Shown here piece by piece: positions 33,680 to 42,656 of a DNA stretch of 64,000 bases. The notes beneath the pieces were generated by a model. It had not been told where the DNA came from, made no database searches, and saw only the letters and a program-made list of their open reading frames with translations. The stretch is taken from the NCBI GenBank assembly GCA_963630675.1, contig CAVGNR010000001.1, forward strand, positions 37,807 through 101,806, in the 5' to 3' direction. Made by a program: the position numbers and the translations under genes. This DNA comes from Escherichia coli (GTDB lineage: Bacteria; Bacillota_I; Bacilli_A; RFN20; CAG-826). Position 1 is the first letter of the stretch; every line of letters begins with the position of its first letter.

Positions 33680-34717
33680 CTATTGATATCCTCTGCCGCC
33701 ATCCGGAACGGTATCCCGGTTATAGACTCTTCTTCCGTCTAACGATACCCAATAGATATCCTTAATATCTAACGTTACATATTCGCCATCGAAACGTTGG
33801 CGCAAAGGAATCTTGTAGCCTTTCTTACCTTCATATCCAATAGAAGTCTCACCTAGGTTATATCGTTCATATCCATCGTAGATAAAGAGATTCATATCTG
33901 CATCATTAATAAGAAGATTTCTTCTTTCCGACGTACCAAACTGACGAAGTTCCATTTTTAAAGGAATTGGGAAGGTGAAAGCGTTGATTTCTCCACGGCT
34001 TTCTTTTTGAAAATCCCTCCAATCTAGGAATTTTCCATCGGCAATAGCATCCATTTTCACTTGCCAATTTTTCCCGCCAAATGTCACTTTGCGGTGAGCT
34101 TCTTCTTGGTTATAGTCATAATTCATCAAACGATAGGAGGATGTTGCGTATTTAGATACATCCAGGTGATATCGTTTTCCTGTGTTATAGGTACTAGGCA
34201 AATGAACATAGGCAAACTCTCCTTTATTACTACCCGAATGTTCATCAACATAGACGCCCAAAGCAAAACTCGCCTGGAAAATCTTGTAACGATAATCCGT
34301 TTTTAATCCATGGTTCTCTAAAGCGGACTTTAGAGGAATAACGCATTGTAAATAGGAACCGATTTTCCCAGATACATAAGCAGAACGATACACCTCATAA
34401 TAAGAACAACCGGAATCACTTGCTAAATGGTGCCAATTGGCTGTTGGGCCATATAAATAGTAAAGACGGATTTGAATTTTCTTAGTTGTAGAACGAACAA
34501 AACGGGTAGTAAGAGACCAACTATTCTCTTTTCCTTTGGTCATAGTTGGCATTTCTCCTTCAAGGAAATAGCCGAATTTTTCAGTAATATTTGCCACGTT
34601 GCTATCACTAATAAAAGTAAATTTCGTATCTAAATTAGAATGCACCTCTTCATCCTGAACCGCTCCAGTTAAAAAAGGAAGCAAGGGCAAAATAAAGCAT
34701 AGTTTTTTCGTTTTCAT
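33680..34717 (-). CDS. Secreted protein of unknown function, first gene of the Tad-like operon
   Basis: 345 aa. N-terminal signal peptide MKTKKLCFILPLLPFLTGAV. I recognise no family. Confidence 0.7.
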   Translation of the reverse strand: MKTKKLCFILPLLPFLTGAVQDEEVHSNLDTKFTFISDSNVANITEKFGYFLEGEMPTMTKGKENSWSLTTRFVRSTTKKIQIRLYYLYGPTANWHHLASDSGCSYYEVYRSAYVSGKIGSYLQCVIPLKSALENHGLKTDYRYKIFQASFALGVYVDEHSGSNKGEFAYVHLPSTYNTGKRYHLDVSKYATSSYRLMNYDYNQEEAHRKVTFGGKNWQVKMDAIADGKFLDWRDFQKESRGEINAFTFPIPLKMELRQFGTSERRNLLINDADMNLFIYDGYERYNLGETSIGYEGKKGYKIPLRQRFDGEYVTLDIKDIYWVSLDGRRVYNRDTVPDGGRGYQ

Positions 34718-34835
34718 TTTTCTTTTCTTCCTTTCATCACCTTAAAGAAGACGGGGTATTTAGAAAAATGCCAAAAATTTTTTAAAAAGCGAAACATTCG
34801 TAAAAAAGAAAGATAACAACTATAATAAAGAACGT

Positions 34836-35402
34836 ATGATTTTGTTGATTGGACCATCCGCTAGCGGAAAAACAGAAATTTCGAAATTATTGGGATTACG
34901 TTATGGAATCTCCAAGGCCATTACTCACACCACAAGGGCCCCTCGAAAAGGTGAAGTATATGGTGTGGATTATTATTTCGTTCAAGAAGAAGATTTCCTT
35001 CAATTGATGAAAAGAGGAGCTTTTGTAGAGAATACCGTCTATAACGGAAACCATTACGGTTGCTCAAAAGCGGAAATTGCCGACGATAAGGTTGTTGTCG
35101 TTGATCCAAATGGTTTGAAATCTTTTTTGGCTTTAAAAGATCCTTCGATTGTCTCTTTCTTTTTAAACGCGTCAGAAGAAACAAGAAGAAAGAGAATGGA
35201 AGCCAGAAAAGATAAACCTGAAGAGATTGAAAAGAGACTTCTAAATGACAAAGAAGCATTCTCTGCCGATAAAATTCAAGGGATTGATTATTTCATCAAC
35301 ACCGATAAGAGGACAATGGAAAGCCTCGTTAAAGAAATTCATGAGGATTATCTTCTTAAATTAAAAGAAAGGGGAATCCAAAATCCAAATATCATCCACT
35401 AA
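34836..35402 (+). CDS. gmk: Guanylate kinase
   Basis: 188 aa. P-loop GPSASGKTE, TTRAPRKGEVYGVDYYFV and the YNGNHYG pattern. Confidence 0.8.
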   Translation: MILLIGPSASGKTEISKLLGLRYGISKAITHTTRAPRKGEVYGVDYYFVQEEDFLQLMKRGAFVENTVYNGNHYGCSKAEIADDKVVVVDPNGLKSFLALKDPSIVSFFLNASEETRRKRMEARKDKPEEIEKRLLNDKEAFSADKIQGIDYFINTDKRTMESLVKEIHEDYLLKLKERGIQNPNIIH

Positions 35403-35412
35403 GGATGATTTT

Positions 35413-36699
35413 TTATTTCCCTTTTTTAATGACACGAACAAAGGCTTCTTTAACCGTATAAGGGGTCACTTCAGTGACTTTAACGTAAATGTTTCCAACA
35501 CGGAAAGAATCGCCAACAACGGCAAATCTTCCTAAATGATCGATAATCCATCCACTCACTGTCGTATAATCGTCAGGCAAAAGCTTATCAGGGTCTAAGC
35601 CCATTTCATTATAGAAATCATCAATGTTCATCGTCCCATTGACGTAGTAGGAGTTTCTTCTTTCGGCTTTTCGAATATCGTTTGTTGGGGAATCTTTTTC
35701 ATCCCACATCTCACCAACAAGTTCTTCAAGGATATCTTCAAGAGTGATAATTCCTTCCATTCCTCCATATTCGTCACGAACAACAGCGATATGATGTTTG
35801 CTTTTCTTCATTAAAGCCATAGCCGAAGAAATCATCATCGTTCTTGGAACATCGACGATTGGCAAAAGGAAATCTTTATAATTCACTTTCTTTCCTTTCA
35901 CAAGTTCACGAAGAAGAGTTTTAATCGGAATATAGCCGAGAACGTGGTCGAAATTTCCTTCATAAACAATGACACGGGAATGATGGAAAGCGCCCTCTTT
36001 CTTTAAGAAAATCTCAAAAGGCTCATCGGTGTCGTAGCCAAACACTTTGACACGTGGAGTCATGACTTCGTAGCAGCTGGTTTCCTTAAAATCGATGGAA
36101 CGATGGAGAAGCTCGCTTGCTTCTTCATCAATAATCCCTTCTTCTTCAATTGTATTAACCATGGCTTCGAGTTCTTCGTCGCTTGCTAAAGGATTTTCCT
36201 TTCCACTCTTTTTAATAAGAGGTTTGGCTAGCCAAGAAGCAAAATGGCTAGAAGGCCAAACAAATGGGAAGAAAAGGATCGATATTACCTTCATAAATGG
36301 TAAGAAGGCTTTCGAAAGAGAGAAAGAATGGCTTGAAGCAATGTGTTTTGGCGTAATTTCGCAAAATATCAAAAGGAAGAAAAGCAAAGCGAGTGAAGCA
36401 ATCGTGTTTGCTAGCTCTTCTCCGACATATCCTAATAATAAATCTCTTCCTAAAAGAGAACCCAAGGAAGAAATAAGAACATTCGAAAAGTCGTTGCCAA
36501 AAAGAATCACCGCAATTGTTTTATCGTAATTGTTTGCCAAATCGAGGGCACGGCCCGCTTTCTTATCACCCTTAGAGAATTTTGCTTCCAAACGTCTTCT
36601 ATTCACCGAGGAATACGTCATGTCAGCCGCACTAAAAAGGAAAGAAAGAACAGCCAATAAGAAAATGGCAACGATGTAGATAACATCAATCGTTTTCAT
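35413..36699 (-). CDS. CNNM/DUF21 + CBS pair + CorC_HlyC-domain protein (hemolysin-family / Mg-Co efflux type)
   Basis: 428 aa. N-terminal four-TM DUF21, a CBS region, and a C-terminal transporter-associated domain (VSGWIIDHLGRFAVVGDSF). Confidence 0.85.
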   Translation of the reverse strand: MKTIDVIYIVAIFLLAVLSFLFSAADMTYSSVNRRRLEAKFSKGDKKAGRALDLANNYDKTIAVILFGNDFSNVLISSLGSLLGRDLLLGYVGEELANTIASLALLFFLLIFCEITPKHIASSHSFSLSKAFLPFMKVISILFFPFVWPSSHFASWLAKPLIKKSGKENPLASDEELEAMVNTIEEEGIIDEEASELLHRSIDFKETSCYEVMTPRVKVFGYDTDEPFEIFLKKEGAFHHSRVIVYEGNFDHVLGYIPIKTLLRELVKGKKVNYKDFLLPIVDVPRTMMISSAMALMKKSKHHIAVVRDEYGGMEGIITLEDILEELVGEMWDEKDSPTNDIRKAERRNSYYVNGTMNIDDFYNEMGLDPDKLLPDDYTTVSGWIIDHLGRFAVVGDSFRVGNIYVKVTEVTPYTVKEAFVRVIKKGK

Positions 36700-37757
36700 T
36701 TTTTCTTCCCCTTTCTAGCTTCTACAACAACCTCGGATTTCTCGGAGATTGCTCCGACAAGTTCTTCTAAGACATCCTCCATCGTAACCATGCCTAAAAG
36801 AACATTGTTGCGATACACCAAAGCAATTTGTTTCCTTTGTTTTTGAAAACCATCTACGAGTTCATCAATGGTAACGTTCGGTGAAACAATAAATGGTTTT
36901 TCTATGGAGTCGTTCAGATCCGTCTTCACCGTTTTATCATCAAGATAGTCGGCAAGAAAGTTCTTCACTAGCAAGATACCAACAATCTTATTCGGATTGT
37001 CGTAATAAACAGGGATACGGGAATAAGAAGTCGAACAAACAATTTCCACAAGCTTATCTAACGAAAGATTTTTTAAATTGATGGTGAACATCTTCTCTCT
37101 TGGCGTGAATATTTCTTTGACTTTCGTATCACTAAAATCCAGGGAATTTTGAATGATTTCACTCTCGTTTTCTTCTAAAACACCATGGTTCTCATTAAAT
37201 TCAATGACGTTTTGAAATTCTTCTTCGGTCATTTCTGGTTCTGGTGCAGATTTGAAGATCTTTTTGAAAACAAAAGAAATACCCCGGAATAAAGCCGTAA
37301 TAGGATATAAAAGAACAATCAACACGGATAAAGGATAAGCCGACCATGTCGCGATTTTATTTGGAATCTGTCTTCCGATAATCTTTGGTAATGTTTCGCC
37401 AAAAATATAAAGGATGATGGTAATAACAAGCGAGCCAATCAAAGAAGCAATGGAGTTATCAAGCATCGTCAAAAGATTATCGACAAAAAGGAAGGTCGTA
37501 ACCATTGAAAGAACGACGGATACAGCATTATTGCCAATCAAAACAGTAACCAGCGTGGAATCAAAATGATCGTCTACCCAAAGAACGAGTTTGGCATTTT
37601 TGGAGCCGTTATTGGCTTTTACTTCAAACTTAAAACGATTTATCGAAGAAAAAACAGTCTCCACCAAAGAGAAGAACGCGGAAAGTATAACGAGGAGAAC
37701 GGTGAGCAATAAGTATATAACCCAAGTTGGCAAAGACAATCTCCTCCTTTTGAGCAA
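36696..37757 (-). CDS. CNNM/DUF21 + CBS pair protein (no CorC_HlyC domain)
   Basis: 353 aa paralog. Overlaps the downstream paralog by 4 nt. Confidence 0.8.
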   Translation of the reverse strand: MLKRRRLSLPTWVIYLLLTVLLVILSAFFSLVETVFSSINRFKFEVKANNGSKNAKLVLWVDDHFDSTLVTVLIGNNAVSVVLSMVTTFLFVDNLLTMLDNSIASLIGSLVITIILYIFGETLPKIIGRQIPNKIATWSAYPLSVLIVLLYPITALFRGISFVFKKIFKSAPEPEMTEEEFQNVIEFNENHGVLEENESEIIQNSLDFSDTKVKEIFTPREKMFTINLKNLSLDKLVEIVCSTSYSRIPVYYDNPNKIVGILLVKNFLADYLDDKTVKTDLNDSIEKPFIVSPNVTIDELVDGFQKQRKQIALVYRNNVLLGMVTMEDVLEELVGAISEKSEVVVEARKGKKK

Positions 37758-37780
37758 CTATTCTATCATAAATAATGGCC

Positions 37781-37815
37781 AAAAGAAAAAAAGGACCCCA
37801 TAGACGAGATCCTTT
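37781..37815 (-). terminator. Rho-independent terminator after the 714-aa gene
   Basis: Minus strand reads AAGGATC-tcgtctatg-GGTCCTT followed by TTTTTCTTTT. Confidence 0.6.
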
Positions 37816-37832
37816 CGTAAGAGTAAGTTTGT

Positions 37833-39977
37833 TTATTCCTCTTCTTCCGTGCCGGCAACGCGATAAGAAGAAAGTTGAGCAACATAATCGAATGTGGTGA
37901 TTTCAGCTTGTTTCAATCCATCTTTTTCACAAACGTCCTTAATCAAGGATTTAGCACGTCTAAGGGAGAGAGGGCTCTTCACTTTGAAAACAAGAGGGAT
38001 GTCTTTATAGAGGTTCTTTGTGCCAGCATCTTTCACTGGAATCGAAGAATCTTTATAAGCGCTTGGATCAAGAGCCATGTAGAGCTTTAGCCCTTTTCCA
38101 GCCACAACAATCTTTAAGTAGGTCTTTGTGTGGAGACGGAAAGTATCGCCAGAAATAGAAAGTCTGCTCTTTAAACCATAGGAGAGCGCTTCTTCTTTAA
38201 GAAGGTTATAGTATTCTTTGATATCGTCATCTAAAGAAAGAAGACGAGTGGCAAAAGGAATACGACGCTCTTCCTCTTCTTCCGAAGTAGATTCAGGAGT
38301 TGCAACAACAACCGGTTCCTCTTTTTTCTCCATAGGAAGAGGTTCTTCTTTAGGAGTTTCCACTACAGGTTCCTTTGCTTTTTCTAAGTTGGCTAATTTC
38401 TTATCCAATTCTTCGGAAATGATGGAACGAATATCATCAGCACTTAATTGACTTGCTCTTAAGCGTTCGATGGCAGTTTCATTTTTGGCGGCAACCAGTT
38501 TTGCTTCATATTCAGCTTGAAGGGCTTGTTGACGTGAAGAAGCAATGGCCTCGTTTTGTTTTTGGCTTTCTTCTTTAGCGGCGGAGAGTTCCTCTTTTGT
38601 GGAGGCAAGTTCTTCTTTTACGATGGTTTCGACATCTTCTTTTTTAAGAGTCTCAACTTGTGGCTGATAAGAAGAAAGAGCTTCATGGATGGCATCTTTT
38701 ACCATATCAAGTGTCAAAGCTTCGGCTTTTGGTTGTTCATCGACTACCTGTATGACTTCGTTACGAATCATTTTGCTTAATTCTTCCGCGGTCATGAAAT
38801 CTTCTTCCATCTCTTCTTTTGGAGAGGAAACAGATACAGGGGTCGCTTCTTTTTGCTCTTCTTTGACTTCTTCTTTCTTTTCAGAAGTAGGTCTTGTTGC
38901 AGCGTAATATTGACTTAATTCCTCACGAATTAAAGAACGGCATTGTTCATCCGTAAGAGGAAGAAGCTCTTCTGGATGATCATGATCTCTTAATTCGTTT
39001 TTGATAATGGAACGAAGTTCTTTTGCCGTAAGAGGACGTTCCTCTACAGGTTTTTCTTCTTTAGGGGTTGGGGCTGGTGCTTCTTGCACAGGTTCTTTTT
39101 CTTTCTTTTCGTTCAATATTTCGAGAAGAATCTTCTTTAAGCCTTCTTCGGTAAGAGGAGTGTCTTTCTTTTCTTCTTTAACAGGGGCTGGAGCTGGAGC
39201 AGGTGTTTGAAGAGAATTTCCAGCATTTGGTGCAGGAGCGTAGGTGATATTTTGAACAATAAGCGGAGAAGATTGTTGTTCTTTTTCGTCTTTTTTGTTT
39301 TCGGTGTCTTGCTCAGTTATTTGAGGATTCTTTTCGTCTTCCTTTTTGTCGGATTCTTTTTCTTCCACTGGTAAGAGGGAGACATTTTCTTCTACTTCAT
39401 GTGGGTTGATACGATCATCATGAATGGCGCCGATAACAGAGATTAAGCCAAGAACAAGGGAGGCAACCGCTAAAGCTAAAATTCCAACAAGAATACATAT
39501 GGCTGCAGCATGTTTGGCGAATCCATCTTTAAACAAGACAGAAATTAAGGAAATACCATCATGGTAGGCGTTTCCTGCTAACTGCCCTTCAAAAACATAG
39601 CCAACTCCGACTTTGGTGTAGCCAATAAAGCAAAGGACAACAAACGTTGAAGCAGCACCAAAAATCAACCAGAAAAGGTTGATGGATAAGCTATTCGCTC
39701 TACGGGTGGCGCAAAGCATAATGAAATGCCAAAGCCAGAAAATAAGAACAATTGCGACGAGTGCAACAAGGATGCCAGAAAATACGGCATTGCCGATTCC
39801 AAAGCCAATGGTGCCCTTAAAAGCAGCAAAAAGATTCACTTTTATGCCGTTTAAATAATTAGATCCGAGTAAGGTTGCTAATTCTGGGCTTAACTTAGGA
39901 AGGAAAAACAATAATGCCACAGCTGCTGCACTTAGAACAGCCGAAATAATCGACATTACTAGTGGTGATTTCTTCAT
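37833..39977 (-). CDS. Membrane protein: N-terminal polytopic domain, long Glu/Lys/Pro-rich repeat region, conserved C-terminal globular domain
   Basis: 714 aa. About 5 TM segments in aa 1-185, then seven LTxEELRxIIxEEL-like motifs in aa 275-526. The C-terminus is RIPFATRLLSLDDDIKEYYNLLKEEALSYG... Confidence 0.75.
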   Translation of the reverse strand: MKKSPLVMSIISAVLSAAAVALLFFLPKLSPELATLLGSNYLNGIKVNLFAAFKGTIGFGIGNAVFSGILVALVAIVLIFWLWHFIMLCATRRANSLSINLFWLIFGAASTFVVLCFIGYTKVGVGYVFEGQLAGNAYHDGISLISVLFKDGFAKHAAAICILVGILALAVASLVLGLISVIGAIHDDRINPHEVEENVSLLPVEEKESDKKEDEKNPQITEQDTENKKDEKEQQSSPLIVQNITYAPAPNAGNSLQTPAPAPAPVKEEKKDTPLTEEGLKKILLEILNEKKEKEPVQEAPAPTPKEEKPVEERPLTAKELRSIIKNELRDHDHPEELLPLTDEQCRSLIREELSQYYAATRPTSEKKEEVKEEQKEATPVSVSSPKEEMEEDFMTAEELSKMIRNEVIQVVDEQPKAEALTLDMVKDAIHEALSSYQPQVETLKKEDVETIVKEELASTKEELSAAKEESQKQNEAIASSRQQALQAEYEAKLVAAKNETAIERLRASQLSADDIRSIISEELDKKLANLEKAKEPVVETPKEEPLPMEKKEEPVVVATPESTSEEEEERRIPFATRLLSLDDDIKEYYNLLKEEALSYGLKSRLSISGDTFRLHTKTYLKIVVAGKGLKLYMALDPSAYKDSSIPVKDAGTKNLYKDIPLVFKVKSPLSLRRAKSLIKDVCEKDGLKQAEITTFDYVAQLSSYRVAGTEEEE

Positions 39978-40061
39978 AAAATAAAAAATCCTTTCTGATG
40001 GTTTTATCGTAATTAGGAAAAGTTCGCTTGTAAAGAGGAAAAAAGTAAATTCATGGGGGTT

Positions 40062-40907
40062 TTAACGACAAAAAATCGAAATCGCACCTGTAATCACCGA
40101 GATTTTGATTTTACCAGCCTCCCCTTTTTCCCCATCTAAACACCAAGGAGAAGAGTTTGAAGGAATGATCGTTGCTTCTTTTATTAACACAGGGGCCTCT
40201 CGTTTTTTAGGAAGGAAACGAAGAATACCGTTTAGGAAAGAAGGCTTCGGGAAATACCCTTCCATTACCCCATCATTGTCCCTTCCTTCTTTATTTAATT
40301 GGAAACCGCCCATGTATTTTCCATTCAAGAAGAGAATGAAAGGTGATGTTTTGCTTGTGCATATTCCGTTTTCTTCTATTTCGTAACAATAAGAAACTTT
40401 ATGAAACATTTCTTTTAAAGAGGAGAAATAATAAGAGAATTGATATAGGTGTCGCTTCTTTTTGCTTTTGACGGTATAAGCAAGAGAGGAATAACAGCCA
40501 TTACAAAGGCAATAAAGGAAATACGAATCGTTGGCTTTTCCGATATCGATTTGGCGCGTTTTTTGCTTTTTTAAGATTTCTATGGATCGTTTTAAATGAC
40601 GATTTACGCCAAAGATCTTCCCTCCATCACCTAATGTTCCAGAATGGATGTAACCAAGAATCGGTTTCTTTTCGAGTTTCATTAATTCGTTAATGGCAAA
40701 ATGGAGGGTTCCATCCCCACCTATTATGATTAAAGCGTCATATTTCGGAACGATATTTTGATACACGTCCTTCGCCTTTTCCTTATTTTCGAGGGTAAGA
40801 AAAAGCATCTCTTCAAAAGAGGATGCTAATTCGTTTTTGATTTTTGGGAAATATTTCTCAAAATTTCCCCTGCCTGATTCAGGATTATAAAGGAAGAGTG
40901 CTTTCAC
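40062..40907 (-). CDS. DagK/YegS-family lipid kinase
   Basis: 281 aa. Catalytic-domain motif LIIIGGDGTLHFAINEL. Confidence 0.8.
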   Translation of the reverse strand: MKALFLYNPESGRGNFEKYFPKIKNELASSFEEMLFLTLENKEKAKDVYQNIVPKYDALIIIGGDGTLHFAINELMKLEKKPILGYIHSGTLGDGGKIFGVNRHLKRSIEILKKQKTRQIDIGKANDSYFLYCLCNGCYSSLAYTVKSKKKRHLYQFSYYFSSLKEMFHKVSYCYEIEENGICTSKTSPFILFLNGKYMGGFQLNKEGRDNDGVMEGYFPKPSFLNGILRFLPKKREAPVLIKEATIIPSNSSPWCLDGEKGEAGKIKISVITGAISIFCR

Positions 40908-40922
40908 TCCCCTATTATAGAA

Positions 40923-42536
40923 TTATTTGCTTTCTTTGTGTTTGATAGAATGAGCAATGAATTCTCTGAATAAAGGATTTGGGTGGAGAGGTCTTGAAGT
41001 AAATTCAGGATGGAATTGAGAAGCAATGAAGAAATCGTTTTGTGGAAGTTCGACAATCTCAACGAGATTCTGTTGTGGATTAATGCCAGAAAATACCATG
41101 CCAGCCTTTTCAAATGTTGAACGATATTTGTTATTGAATTCGTAACGATGACGATGTCTTTCTTTGACTTCGGTGGATTGATAGCACTCGTAGGCAAGCG
41201 TGTCTTTCTTAATACCGCAATCGTATAAACCTAAACGCATGGTTCCACCCATAGCGATGCCAGAGTATTGATCACGGAGAAGGTCGATGATTGGATTTGG
41301 GGTTTGAGGGTCAAATTCGGAAGTATTCGCATCTTGTAAGCCAAGAACGTTTTTCGCAAATTCTACGCAAGCAAGTTGCATGCCAAAGCAAATGCCAAGG
41401 AATGGAACGTTATTTTCACGGGCATAACGGATGGCTGCCATTTTTCCTTTAGAGCCTCTTTCGCCGAAGCCTCCAGGAACAAGGATGCCGTCATATCCAG
41501 ACAAGAGTTCTTTAGCATTCTTATCCTTAACATCCATAGCTTTAATCCAACCAATTTCGACTTGAGCATCGTTGTAATATCCAGCATGTTTTAAAGCGCT
41601 AGCGACAGAAAGATAAGCATCGTGGAGTTCAACATATTTGCCAACTAAAGCAATTTTGACGCTCTTTTTTGGATTCTTCACGGAATCACACCAAGAACGC
41701 CACTCATGAAGATCGGCTTCTTGAATATCTTTCATGCCAAAATGAGCAAGAACGTAATCATCTAAGCCTTGTTCATGAAGGGCGAATGGAAGTTCGTAAA
41801 CGCTCTCTAAATCATCTGCCTCAAAAATACCATTGCTTGGAACATTGCAGAAAAGAGAGATTTTATTCTTTTGTCCTTCTGGAAGAGGGACTTCACTACG
41901 AAGAATGACGGCGTCTGGTTGAATGCCTAAGCCAAGAAGTTCTTTCACGGAGTGTTGGGTTGGTTTGGTCTTGGTTTCGTCCGCGCTCTTAAGATAAGGA
42001 ACTAAAGTATTATGGGCGTAGAAAGTGTTTTCGTAGCCGAATTCCAAACGAGCTTGACGAATTGCTTCTAAGAATGGAGTAGATTCCATATCGCCAACGG
42101 TTCCACCGATTTCAACAATGACGATTTCCGCTTGGGAAGCTTTCGCTGCATCGACGAGCTTTTGTTTGATTTCGTTTGTAATATGAGGAATCACTTGGAT
42201 ACAAGCACCAAGATAGTCTCCCCTTCTTTCTTTCTCTAAAACAGAGGAATAAATTTTTCCAGAGGTGATCGAGCTTTCTTTAGAAAGATGAAGATCTGTC
42301 CAACGTTCATAGTGGCCAAGATCAAGGTCCGTCTCTGCACCATCATCGGTAACATAGACTTCACCATGTTGATATGGGGACATCGTCCCTGGATCAATAT
42401 TCAAATATGGATCAAGCTTCATCATGAAGACCTTGATTCCCCTGCTCTTTAAAAGCAAGGCTAAAGAAGAGGCGAAAATCCCCTTTCCTAATGAAGAAAC
42501 GACTCCGCCCGTAACAAAGACAAATTTGGTTGCCAT
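40923..42536 (-). CDS. pyrG: CTP synthase
   Basis: 537 aa. MATKFVFVTGGVVSSLGKG N-terminus and glutamine amidotransferase motif GICFGMQ. Confidence 0.97.
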   Translation of the reverse strand: MATKFVFVTGGVVSSLGKGIFASSLALLLKSRGIKVFMMKLDPYLNIDPGTMSPYQHGEVYVTDDGAETDLDLGHYERWTDLHLSKESSITSGKIYSSVLEKERRGDYLGACIQVIPHITNEIKQKLVDAAKASQAEIVIVEIGGTVGDMESTPFLEAIRQARLEFGYENTFYAHNTLVPYLKSADETKTKPTQHSVKELLGLGIQPDAVILRSEVPLPEGQKNKISLFCNVPSNGIFEADDLESVYELPFALHEQGLDDYVLAHFGMKDIQEADLHEWRSWCDSVKNPKKSVKIALVGKYVELHDAYLSVASALKHAGYYNDAQVEIGWIKAMDVKDKNAKELLSGYDGILVPGGFGERGSKGKMAAIRYARENNVPFLGICFGMQLACVEFAKNVLGLQDANTSEFDPQTPNPIIDLLRDQYSGIAMGGTMRLGLYDCGIKKDTLAYECYQSTEVKERHRHRYEFNNKYRSTFEKAGMVFSGINPQQNLVEIVELPQNDFFIASQFHPEFTSRPLHPNPLFREFIAHSIKHKESK

Positions 42537-42621
42537 AAAACCTCTCCCAACTATTTAATAACGTTCTTTAGTTTAACATTTTTCTTCTCTTTCCTTCAAG
42601 GAGATGAGAAGGCTTTCACAA

Positions 42622-42649
42622 AGAAAAAAAGATGGTTTTGAAGCCATCT
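42622..42649 (-). terminator. Rho-independent terminator after degV
   Basis: Minus strand reads AGATGG-cttcaaaa-CCATCT followed by TTTTTTTC. Confidence 0.65.
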
Positions 42650-42656
42650 TGATTGT

